64,000 nucleotides of DNA from Selaginella moellendorffii (lineage: Eukaryota; Plantae; Lycopodiophyta): the NCBI RefSeq assembly GCF_000143415.4, contig NW_003314300.1:812977-876976 (forward strand), read 5' to 3'. Within the stretch, counting starts at the first letter, position 1. Each line of letters begins with the position of its first letter. The translations under genes were made by a program, and so were the position numbers. Below are positions 1 through 11,500 of the stretch, piece after piece. A model generated the notes under the pieces. It had not been told where the DNA came from, did not search any database, and saw only the letters and a list, made by a program, of their open reading frames with translations.

Positions 1-611
1 CATGATCACTATCCTCACTATCCTCTCTTTCATTCTCTTGTGTGGTTTGGTTATGCTATGCAATGGGATAGTTATTGCATCTTCTAGCCCTTGAACCCTG
101 GGAAGAAAGATTGTGAGAATTAAAATTACCAACACTAGAACCTATAGACATTTGTGTGTATTTCCCTTTTTTCAAATGAGAGTGTGAATGAAGATTTCTA
201 AATTCTAGACAGTATGCTATGACAAACCCCTCAAAAATGCATTCTAGAAAGAATCAAGTCCTTCTTTCATATGCAATAAGCTTACATCAATGGTTATTTT
301 TTTCCCTTTCATAGAATCTTATTTCAAATTTAATAATTTTTTAAGTCTGACAAGCCTGACATTTACTAGCCAAAAAGCACAGAGTCAAATTTAAAGAAGT
401 TACAAGAATACTTTTTTTGAAAACATTTTATTTTATGTTCTAACAAATGTCCCTATCATTGTATGTAGTAAATATTTAAAATATTAGAACAAGAAGTGTC
501 CTTTAGAACATTTTTATCTATATAATATATAGAGAACTATGAAATTATTAGGTTCGCCATAACCTTAAAATTTCAAAGTTTATAATGTTTGTACTAAATT
601 ACAATTGAAAA

Positions 612-680
612 TTGAGCTCAACTCGTGAGCTCAACTCTTCAACTCATGAGCTCAAGTATGGTCCGCACCCCTAGGGAACT
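612..680. repeat. GAGCTCA-rich cluster, probable right end of a DNA transposon
   Basis: Three GAGCTCA-containing units (gagctcaactcgtgagctcaac...ctcatgagctcaa). A similar cluster lies at 55155-55200. Each is followed abruptly by Gypsy coding sequence. Confidence 0.4.
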
Positions 681-3600
681 CTAGATGCAGAGGCTTTAGT
701 GGCTATTCCGATGGTTTTGCATGATGTGGGTCTTCGATGGTGGAATTGGCTTGAGGAGTCTCGTGTTGTGGATAAGAAACCACTAGTGTCTACCATGGAT
801 GAGTTTGAGGCTATTTTCTATTTACGTTTTGCCCCTCATTACGACGTGGAGAATGCTCGTACAGAACTTCGACATTTCCAGCAAGGGAAATGACACTCGA
901 GGACTATATTGAGAAGCTTACTCGCTTGATTAGTCATGTTCCAACGAAGGATCTAGATCAGAACAAGTCCTACTTCATTGATGGCTTACATAGTGAGAGC
1001 ATGCGGCAACACTTGCGTCATTCTCAGCCTATAAAGAGTTTGGAAGAGCTCTTTGATGCGGCTCGTCGACTTGACAATGACAAGCACAAGTCTCGCAAGC
1101 GTTCGCGGAGTCCTTCTGTCAAGAATCGTCGTGATGATCGCCGTGGACACAAGGATGGGAACAAGTATCACAAGTTGAAGTCGGTGGTGACTACTTCAGA
1201 TGCAAAGGGGTCCAAGAAGCAGAAGTTCTTTGTGAAGAATTATAGACAGGGTTGTCATCATTGCGGCGAACTCGGACACTACAAGGCTGATTGTCTGCAG
1301 TTGAAGAATAAGCAGCAAGATAAGAAGAATGGCCAATCTTCTTCTCACGGTAAGTCAGATACTAAAAAGTTGCAAACTTTGCAGCGTGAGGATGACGAAA
1401 ACAACTATTTTGGTTGGAGGAAGAGACTTTCGATCGTTGCTCATCAGCTCAATTGTGTGTGGAACAAAATGGAGCTCGAGGATACACGTGAATCAGCTTT
1501 AATGCTGAAGGGCGTATTCCGTGGCAATCCAGTGCGGATTTTACTAGATAGTGGGAGTGATGACAACTTTGTTTCGGCAAAGTTTGTTGCGGAGCATGGC
1601 CTGGTCACATGCGGAGTTCTTCCATACACAGTGAAAGGTGCAGTTACCTCTACTCAACATTTCGATGCTTGTGTCGAGGGGTTGGAAGTGTTAGTTGGCA
1701 AAACCACACTTGTGGAGACTTTTTATCTTGCAGATATCCATCTTGTGGATCTCATTTTTGGGATGCCATGGTTGGTGAAGGTGGATCCGGAGATAAAGTG
1801 GAGTATTAAGCGTATCTCGCTAAAGTATGGTGGCGTTAAAGATGTGTGGTTTGGCGAGGGAGTTTAGCCACCAGTTGGTATGCTCTCTGCTACATCTTTG
1901 AAGCGGGCTTATTGTAATGGAAAAGCACTTTCGAGTTACTTGCTATTTATTTATGACTTGGGGACCAAGGCACGTGTGGGGGAGAAGCAGCAGTACGGGA
2001 TGTACTTGATGAGTTTTTTGATGTTTTTCCATCTGAACTTCCTCATGGATTGCCTCCGTTACGAGGTGTGGAGCATGGGATTACATTGGAGTTGGGGATG
2101 CGGCCAATTTACCGGCATCCATTTTGGTTAATTTATGCGGAGGAGCAAGAAGTTCAATGACAAGTCAAAGAGTTACTTGAGTTTGGATTTATTCAGCCAA
2201 GTAAGTCTCCGTTTGGTGCTCCGGTTTTGCTTGTGAAGAAGAAGGACAGTTCAATGCGAATGTGTATTGACTACCGCGCTTTGAACAAGAAGACAGTGAA
2301 GGATAAGATGCCGATGCCACGTGTGGATGATATCCTAGACAAGCTTGGTGAAGCACGAGTGTTTACCAAGATTGATCTAAGGAGTGGATATCATCAGATT
2401 GCAATGGATGATGCATCTATCTCCAAGACGGCATTCAACATAAGCTTCAGACATTTTGAGTTTACAGTTATACCATTTGGTTTGACGAGTGCACCAGCCA
2501 CATTTACTCGGTTGATGATTGAGGTATTTAGGCGTTATCTTCATGAGTTTGTGGAGATTTTCCTGGACGATATTCTTGTTTTAAGCAAGAATATGGAGGA
2601 GTATAAGGTGCATTTGCGCAAGGTTCTTTTGTTACTCCGAGACAGCAAACTTTATGCGAAGAAGAGCAAATGTGAATTTGCAAAGTCAGAGGTGGAATAT
2701 CTAAGCCATATTATGACATCTAAGGGTGTTAAGACAGATCCAAGGAAGGTGGTTGTGGTGGAAAATTGGCCTACACCGACTACAGTGGTTGAGTTGCACA
2801 ATTTTCTTGGTATGGCTAATTACTACCAACGTTTCTAGTATAAGTTTGCAGAGGTGGCTATTCCTTTGACGGTTGTTATGCAAAAATGTGCCATTTGAGT
2901 GGAAGAAGCCACAAGAGGAGAGTTTTGTGGTGCTGAAATGATTGTTGAGCGAGCCTCCAATGCTTCGCATTGCTAATTCATCAAAACCTTATGAGGTGAC
3001 ATGCGATGCGAGTGGTTATGCACTGGGAGGAGTTCTCATGCAAGAGGGACAGCCTATTGCATATGAGAGTCGAATTTTGAATTTCGCAGAGCAATGCTAT
3101 TCCACATATGAGCAAGAGTTACTCTCTATTGTTCATGTTTTGCAGACGTGGCGGCACCATCTTTATGGTGTAGTGTTCGTAGTGTTGACAGATCACAAAC
3201 CACTTATGTATCTTTTCACATAGAAGGAGTTGAACACTAGGCAAGTTCGTTGGATGGTCAAACTCATGGAGTTTGGGGAGTTTCCTATTGAGCATCGTTC
3301 AGGAAAATTCAATGTGGTGGCAGATGCTTTATCTCGTGTTTATCATGTGGCGACGTTACAAACATGATTTTGTCATCATTTGAATAAGGTGGTCAATGAT
3401 CCTTTAATCTCTATTGGGCAATTGGTTGAGCATGCTCAGGCTCAGGATGCTGAGGTGGCCTCTTTGCGAGACCAGATGGAAGCCCCTTTCTCATTGGTGG
3501 ATGGGATTCTCTACTACAATGGCCGTGTATATTTGCCACGGGTGGATGTGTTAATTACTCAAGTTTTATTCCACTATCATGATCATCTAGAGGCCGGTCA

Positions 3601-3690
3601 TTTTGGGGGGAAGAAGATGTATGAGTTGATTAAGCAAACTTTTATTGGAGGAATATGAAAGTTGATATCCTCAAGTATTGTAAATTATGA
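681..3690 (+). pseudogene. Degenerate Ty3/Gypsy (chromovirus-like) gag-pol, truncated in the integrase zinc finger
   Basis: Gag with CHHCGELGHYKADC knuckle; protease LLDSGSDDNF; [22 protein letters not shown]...FLDDILV (2227-2838); RNase H VTCDASGYALGGVL...EQELL...TDHKPL (2942-3223); integrase HDHLEAGHFGG. Stops and frameshifts throughout; no LTR seen. Confidence 0.93.
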
Positions 3691-3696
3691 GCTTTA

Positions 3697-4518
3697 TCAG
3701 CATGAGGATGACGAAAACGACCATTCCAGTCAGAGGAAAAGACTTTCGATCGTTGCTCGTTAGCTCAACTATGTGTGGAATAAGATGGAGCTCGAGAATA
3801 TACATGAATCAGCTTTAATGCTGGAGGGCGTGTTCTGTGGCGATCCAATGCAAATTTTACTGGATAGGTAGGATCTTATCCCTTACACCCTAAGCCAACT
3901 GGCTAAAGGGGTGATCACTTGGTCAGGTCCTATTATCCTGACCTGATGCCTAATAATCCTCCCCCTCGCTCGAGGATATGCATGAATCAGCTTTAATGCT
4001 GGAGGGCGTGTTCCATGGCGATCCAGTGTGGATTTTACTGGATAGGTAGGATCTTATCCCTTACACCCTAAGCCAACTGGCTAAAAGGGTGATCACTTGG
4101 TCAAGTCCTATTATCTTGACCTGGTGCCTAACAATCCTCCCCCTCGTCAGTCGGGGAACAATCCTCCCCCTCGTCAGTCAGGGAATGATCATTTGCAATC
4201 ATACTTAGGCCACCCTCTAGTCACCATGGTCCTTCTTTTAGGGTCTACCTTCCTCCCCCTCGTCAATCAGGGAATGATCGTCCGCGATCATACTTAAGCC
4301 ACCCTCCGGTCACCATGGTATCGAAGCCCAGTTCGATTCTCATGGTTGATAAGTGGGGCAAGAATATTCTAAAGGAATATTTAACATGGTGGATCTAGAG
4401 GGAGAACCAAAGTTTAGTAAACCCTAAGAGAAGGATCATTGTTAGAATCTTATCCCTTACACCCTAAGCCAATTGGCTAAAGGGGTGATCATTTGATTGC
4501 AGGGCCCTTTCCTTAACA
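3697..4518 (+). mobile_element. Rearranged TRIM-like element fused to duplicated protease-region fragments
   Basis: 3697-3867 copies about 1382-1551. The unit gtaggatcttatcccttacaccctaagcc recurs at 3868, 4046 and 4440. A PBS-like TGGTATCGAAGCC lies at 4316-4328. The last unit (4440-4518) has TGTTA...TAACA ends. Confidence 0.55.
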
Positions 4519-4519
4519 A

Positions 4520-6100
4520 AGCACCAAATCAAGCAAAACGTCGAAGCAACTAGGGATGTGGAATAAGCTGAACAAGCTATTGCAATTGCAAGTGGTGATA
4601 TAGAGAAGCTGCTAGATTTCTTCAGGTGATACATCTATCCACTAGATGATCCAGGTGTTCCAAAGTTCCTGGAGGATTTAGACAAACAGTTCATCCAGTA
4701 CAATGCCAAGAGAGTCGCAGTCAAGAAGCAAAAGCTGGAGTTGGAGTTGCAAATGGTCTTGGGATCTGTCGAATCTCTTGATCTGACTGCCCCCTATAGA
4801 CGACAAGTCTAGCCTCAGCCGGGTAAACTCAACAAGGGTGGAGAGGAAGCAGCTGGAATGCAGCGAGGAATTCGACCACATGGGCTTTCCTGATCTTCCT
4901 TTCTCTCGTCTCTTTGCGGAAGCTTTTGTAAGAGATTTGAAAGCGGCCAGGGTATTGGTGCAGCGGGTAACCAACGAGATGGATGACGACCTGAAGAAGG
5001 ACTCATACGCACGACAGGTCCGCTTTCTCCTCAGCTACGCCAAGGCAATTGCACGCTCACAGAATGTGCCCATACAAATCACAGTGGTCAATTCGCTGTC
5101 AGGCGAAACAACATGTCGCTTGGTCAGTATTACAGAATCCCAGATGGATTTTTCCATATAGGTGCCAGATTGAACGCCGCAGAGCAGAAGACTGAGAACT
5201 CACGTTCTCTTTTGAAAGTAGAAGAGGCTCGAGGGCAGTTGGTAGTCACAGGCAATTTCCTGTTTCTGGACCGAAGCAAGTATCACGGAGTTGAGGGAAG
5301 GTACGGGGGATTGGAAACAGTGTGTGTATCAAGCACACGAGTACGACAGGAGACCTCAGACAGTAGACAAACCTTTGCTTCCGTTGGAGGACGGCCTGGC
5401 GATCTTTTTACCATCAACATGGACATGCCCGCTGTCCAGTGGATAGGGGCAACCCTTGACAGGCAAATATTGGAAGAAGGAGGACTCAGAGCTGTGGGCG
5501 GCGTTTCCAGGGATCCTTTTTCTCGTCACAATCTCGGGCTGAAAGCCAGCAGCGGCTAGTTTTTTGAAATTCCAGTGCAAAGCCGAATGGATGAGAAGAT
5601 GACGGTTGCCGTGACAGACTGCAGTACACACAGAGACTAGTCTGGCTTTCAGAGTTTCATGGGGAGGCCAGGACTGGTGGCTGAAGGTTGGGCCAGACGT
5701 GCAACGCCGGGCCGAGGCGCTCCAGACATTAGAGCAGGAGTGGATATGGGAGAGATGGTTTCAAATGGAACGGGATATGTTTTCAGAGCTCAACTTGGAG
5801 AGACAGGTTCTTTTCCGGTGATGGTGGAGGCTCAAGGCTTAGGCCAGCGATGCTTGTCAAGGATGTGGGGGAGTGGAAAGACTTGCTCTTTTGCTGCCTG
5901 GAAATTCTCAACGAGAATTCGCTGCCGTGGAGCAAGGCTGCGGAGAGCGGGAGCGACGACGAGTTCTCGAACTCAGGCGGCATGGTGGCAAAAAGCAATG
6001 GTCACCTCTACGAGCCTTTGCTTGCGCACCTCAAATGGTATGTATGGTTTTCTTTTGTCTCTGAATTACGTGCTGGCAGGGCTGGGCATCCCTTGATCAC
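4520..6100 (+). pseudogene. Unidentified, apparently intronless pseudogene
   Basis: Protein-like frames (…DLDKQFIQYNAKRVAVKKQKLELE…; ORFs 4838-5161, 5113-5559, 5659-6096) joined by stops and frameshifts. GC is higher than the AT-rich 3' flank. No motif recognised. Confidence 0.4.
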
Positions 6101-6828
6101 AGATAACACACTCAACTTGTCTCTTCACACTAAAGTGGATAATCTTCAGCTTCTCATCTGCCGAAAGTATCATTATTCAGATTCAGTTTATAGGATGACA
6201 ACGGTACTTTTCTCATTCAGCAAAGTGGAGGCAGAGCACAGTGAGACCACCATCAACTCCAGCAATGGTTTTTGGTTTTACCTCTCTCTCAAATCTCAGC
6301 CTCTCTTTTGTGTTTGGCTCTAGTTGTTTGCAAGTATCAAAAGTAGAGTTACTGTTGTAATTAATACTAGCAAGGAATCCAAGTTGGCTGGCCTAAATAA
6401 GTATTTAAAGATGGAATAGCATCATAAAAAAAAAACAGACATACAATATAATATATAATTAAGATTGCATTTCCATTCTAGTAGGGGTTTAAACCTTAAC
6501 TAATATATCTTATTTCTTAGTTTAATCCACTTTATTATATTCCTAATGTTTCTTCCTTATATTTTCTTCTTTTGGTATGTTAATCATTTATGAATTTTAT
6601 AATTTTCATTTTTAATTCAGTATTGAGTTGAGTTTTTTCTATCTTCCTTATACTAATCTAAATGTCGAGCATGTATGTAAAGTTAGAGAATTTTATTTTT
6701 GTTTTGTTGATAGTATTCCCCTATTCTAGGGTTAAGTCATTTTTTCCATAAATGCATGTCCCTAATTATAAGTGTTATTGAGAATCTTTACTTTACTGTT
6801 ACTGTTAAGAAGTTTATGTGTTCCTTTG

Positions 6829-6877
6829 AGTGTATGTATGTATATATATATGTATGTATGTATATATATATCTATAT
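6829..6877. repeat. (TA)n/(TATG)n microsatellite
   Basis: gtatgtatgtatatatatatgtatgtatgtatatatatatctatata. Confidence 0.85.
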
Positions 6878-7389
6878 AATAAAATATGTTCTAAACCACA
6901 ATTAACTTATATTTTTATTTATATAGGCTATTTTTGTTACAGTAATTTTTTATTTATTATTTAAATAATTAATATCAATAAACAGTAATAATTTTAATTA
7001 AATTTTTTTTATAATGATGGTATTAAAAAAGCTTTAAATCAGATTTAAACCAGTTTATTAGCTTAGAAGATAATCTTAAACAGACACTCTTCAAGAAATT
7101 TGGATTATTTTAATTATTATATAGAATGGTAAAGTGAAAAGATTATGGAGTGATAAAAGTTTTCACCTAAGGAGGTTATAGTGGTTTTATGGTATAATGT
7201 TTTATTTATATTTTAGTAAAATAATTTTAAAAAAATTTTAAATAGACAATAAAACTTATAAAGCTAAAATTAAATTTATGTATACTTTTATTTCCTTCTA
7301 CCAAGTTTGTAAGTTCTTGAATTGTTGAGTGTTATACTCATGATTTTCTTTAGTGTTAGATTCCTAAGTCTCAAAGCTGTACTCTTCAT

Positions 7390-8490
7390 TTCTTCTTAGA
7401 TCGTTGTTAATAAAATTGGTGTTTGTTAAGGTTGATGGTTTGGAGATATTTATTGTTAAGTGTTGTAATTGCTACCATTCCTAAATTTTTGAATTATTGG
7501 ATAACGAATGATCCTTTCCATCTTGATTTTATCTTTGAGCCAATTTTCTCTATGTTTTCTTGAAACCATAAAACTTGATCTCCAACTTTAAATTCTTCAC
7601 TTTTCTTGAGTTGTCTTTTTTTGTCATGGTTAGCTTTTCTTATGGTTTCAAGTGTCTAAATTATATGTAGATGTACTTTGTCAAGCATTTTTAGCATTGC
7701 TAGTCTTTTTTTAACTAATTCTTCTTGGTTGATCTTGTAATGTATTGCCATTTGCAATGAAGAAATGATATACTCAAGTAGTGTCAAGGCTTCTAAGCCA
7801 TAGACAAACTTGAACAGTATCGAGTTTATTGAAACCTTATAAACAATTCAATATGCTCATAAGGTGTTGTAAATGCAATTGTCTTTGTCTTTTTGATTCA
7901 TCTTCATAATCTTCTTGAGTATATTCTTGAGGGTTTTGTTTGTAGATTCAATTTGATTATTTCCTTGAGGATAGTATGGTGTTGAAGTTTTGTGCTTGAT
8001 TGTAAACTCTTGAGTCAGAATGTTGATCGTCTCATTAATGAAGTGTGTTCCCTGATCTATAACAAGTTCTCAAGGTAAACCATACCTTGTAATGATGTTT
8101 TTATAGATGAACTTTGCTGTTTTTTTCATTGTTACAACCTTCATTAGTTAAACTTCAACCCACTTTATCATGTAATCAGTAATTATGAGGATATATTTGT
8201 TTTGCTTAGAACTTGTTGTAAGTGGTCCTACAAAGTTGAGTCTCCATTGTTGAAATTAAGTTGTAGGATGAAGTTTTTGATTTTTCTTTTTCAGCACATA
8301 CTTGGTTCTTTGACAAATGTCACATTCTTGATTAAATTTTGCTGAGTCATTCCAGAGTGTTGGCCACCAAAGTCTAACTTGTAAAATCTTCCAAACTTCA
8401 TATTCTCTTCTCCTAGAGGACCAGATAGACTTCCACACATTACTTGCTTCTTTTAAAGAATGCTTCATTGAAGAAAAACCCACAAATCGG
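7390..8490 (-). pseudogene. Degenerate AT-rich Gypsy (non-chromovirus) integrase with GPY/F region
   Basis: Minus-strand translation: LWWPTLWNDSAKFNQECDICQR...NFVGPL...DYMIKWVEV...IDQGTHF...STPYYPQGNNQIESTNK...FKVGDQVL...SRWKGSFVI. Confidence 0.9.
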
Positions 8491-8509
8491 CTACTTGTCG
8501 ACCTATTTT

Positions 8510-11500
8510 GTTTTGGCAGGGTGCTCACGAGTCTGTTCCTGACTATGTCACCCAGTTTCGAGCATACTAGAAACAGTGGTGGGATCGCAAAGTGGTCCAA
8601 GATGAGCAACAGGGGATCATGACATTCAAAGCGGGTCTACGTGTGAATTTGCAGCGGAAACTTCTCAAGAAGACATTCAAGTCTTGCCGCGAGGCATTTT
8701 CATTGGCCACAAAGCTGGAAAGAGAACTTCTTGTCGACATGAGGATTGCTAGAGTTGATTTCGACCAAGCCATCACCCCATCGGAGTCACCTTGTGCAGC
8801 TGTTCACCCATCCATACCAAAGCCCGTCACTATTGAGCATACACCTCTGGCTATTGAGAACTTTGCAAACGAGATGCGACAGCTGAAGGAGATCATTCTT
8901 CAGCAACAATCACACCATGATAAACTGCTCCAGGAGTTAGTGGAGTCCAGGAAAGAGGCAGCTACAGCTCGGGAATGGAGATTTAAGTCCCGTTGGTGCA
9001 CTCACTACAAGACGAACACACACAATATGCAGCGCTGCTTCAACCTTCACCCAGAGCTTCGGCCTCCACCTTCTCAATGTGTTCAACAATGTCCCTTTGC
9101 TGATAATTCCACATCGTCTCGGGGTCCAAAGACATAACAAGAGCAGTTGGAGCGACAAGCAATTGAGGCAGCCCCTTCGTCAAGCAAAGGCAAGGCACCC
9201 GCCTCATCGATCAACATGATTTTGGTAGCTGAGGAACTCTATAGGCAACAGTAGCAAACTGCAGCCCCTCGAGCCAAAGCGAAGAAGACAGCAGGTGCTT
9301 AGCCTCCCATAGATCCCTCAGTGTCACTTGAGAGTGAATCTCTGTTGGCACCAAATCTAGTGACACAAAGGGTGGCTTGTAAGCTCCCCTTCAAGTCACT
9401 ACTCTCTTCTCCTCCTGAGATCTCACTAACAGCTATTCCTATTCTGGAGCCGGTTCTTCAATAGCTGGTTGACACTCCCGTCACCTTTTCACTCCGAGAC
9501 ATGTTGTGTCTTGTCCTGGGATTCAGCCAGCATTTAGAGGAGTTTGCACGGTCAGGAACACCAGAGAGCACTCTCTAGAGGACTCCTCAAGAGGTGCACA
9601 TTGTCAACATGACAAGATATGGTGGAGATCCTGGTCCATTCTTTATTCCTGTGTAGATTGGTACTTCCTCTTGTAAGATGGATGCTTTGGTTGACTCCGG
9701 TTCTAGAAGCAACATTATCTCTCTCGAAGCTGCCCTTTCAGCACAGCTACAGATCACTGAGAGCTCCTCTATCATGCTCAAGACCTTCGCCAACCACACT
9801 GTTCCTCCAGCAGGCATTTGCTGTGGTGTCAAGGTCTTAGTGCAGGGTGTTATTTCTGAGGTGGATTTCTTTGTGGTTGACTACCAACATCTTGGAATGT
9901 CCTCTTTGAAGGACTCTATCATCCTTGGCAGCTCGTAGCAAGTCACAGCCCATTGCACCCTTGACAGCACACAAGGCAAGATGGAAATTAGCAATGGAAC
10001 CCATAGCACCACCTTTCTCAACAACTATAGCAGATCTCTTTCTCAGCAAGCCCAGTAGGCTCAGACTAAGATGGCCTCCACACCATACTTTCCTCCTGAG
10101 CTCATAGAGGTTTTTCCTGAGTTGGCGGTGGAGTTGACCATCTATGGAGGTGAGTCAGATAGCCCGAGACATCTCTCAGCTTCACTCTCTTTATTTGAGA
10201 GTAAGGCCAAGCCTCTAGACACACCCTCTTTATTTGATGGCGGGGCTTATAGAGTACGGGCTCCCATATCCAGCTTTCCGGAGTGTTTCTCGATAGAGGA
10301 AGGGCTCCTTGATTCGTTTCTTGCACGGGACCAACTCCCTCTTATGGAGCTTCATGACACAATCACTCCAGACCAGGTCAATCTTTCGCAGGACACAGCC
10401 GAACTCAATCCTCCTCAACAACTATCTGAGGTGTCACACAGCCAGCATCTTCCTACTAAAATCGCAGTAGCTGACGACTTCGAGCGTATTTTGTCATGCT
10501 GTTTCTTGAAGATGGAGGATGACATCCAAACACAGAACTGGCAGAAAGAATCAAGCCAATCAGACGTGCTGCATGTGAGTTATAGCTCTTTGAGTTCAGA
10601 ATTTTTTACCGTGGAACTCCCGGTACAGGTCCAAGTGTATTACACTGAAACTTCAGCACTAGACTTGGACTGGACTTTAGTGGAGGATCTTCCTTCACTT
10701 GCAGAGTACTTGGCTATAGTCCTTGCATTAGACATTGAGTGCTCAAAGCATCAGAAGCAAAGAGAACAATGAATAGAGACTCCGGATCCAATAGCAACGT
10801 TCTTGCCAGACTTGCCAGAGACAGTCTTGCCAGATGTGGTGTCCCCAATATCTTTATTTGAAGAAGAGGACACTTCTATGATTACAGCTTATTTTGACGG
10901 TGCTTTATGCTCCAAAAACCAGGTTGCCGGCATTGGAGTTTGGATGATTAATTCTGCGGAGAACAAAGTAGCCGACCTCTCTATCACTTTGCCAGCAACA
11001 TTAGCTAATGAAGCAGAGTACTTGGCGGCTATCAGTGCCATGAAGTTGGCCACAGATCTCAAGTTTAGGTGAGTCACTTTCATTAGAGATGCACAACTCA
11101 TCATACGCCAACTTACTGGAGAATACCAAATCCGCAAAGAGAACCTGAATGAGCTATGGCAGCAGGCGGTCCACCTGAAGGATGAGTTCTCTCAGGTGAC
11201 TTTTCAAAGTGTCCCTTGTGAAGAAAACTTTTGGGTGGACAGGCTATCACATCAAACACACCATGATGCGAGAGGCAAAAGGCACCTCCTACTCTTTGGT
11301 TTCCAAGGTCAAGGGGGAATCTAAGATAGATGAGCCCCTTGGGCCCAAGGTTTCTCCAGACTCTAGGGTTCATGCAATTTTCCTAGGTGATGACAAGGAC
11401 CTGGTCTTTATTGCCACATCACTTGCTTCAACAAATGCAGCAAAGCTCTTGGATCTCCTCCACTGTTTCAAAGACATGTTTGCCTGGGACTACAGCCAGC

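Noticed and set aside
3868-4518. Cassandra TRIM with 5S rRNA
   Set aside because: Only a short GCGATCATAC resemblance; the 5S A/C-box core is not recognisable.
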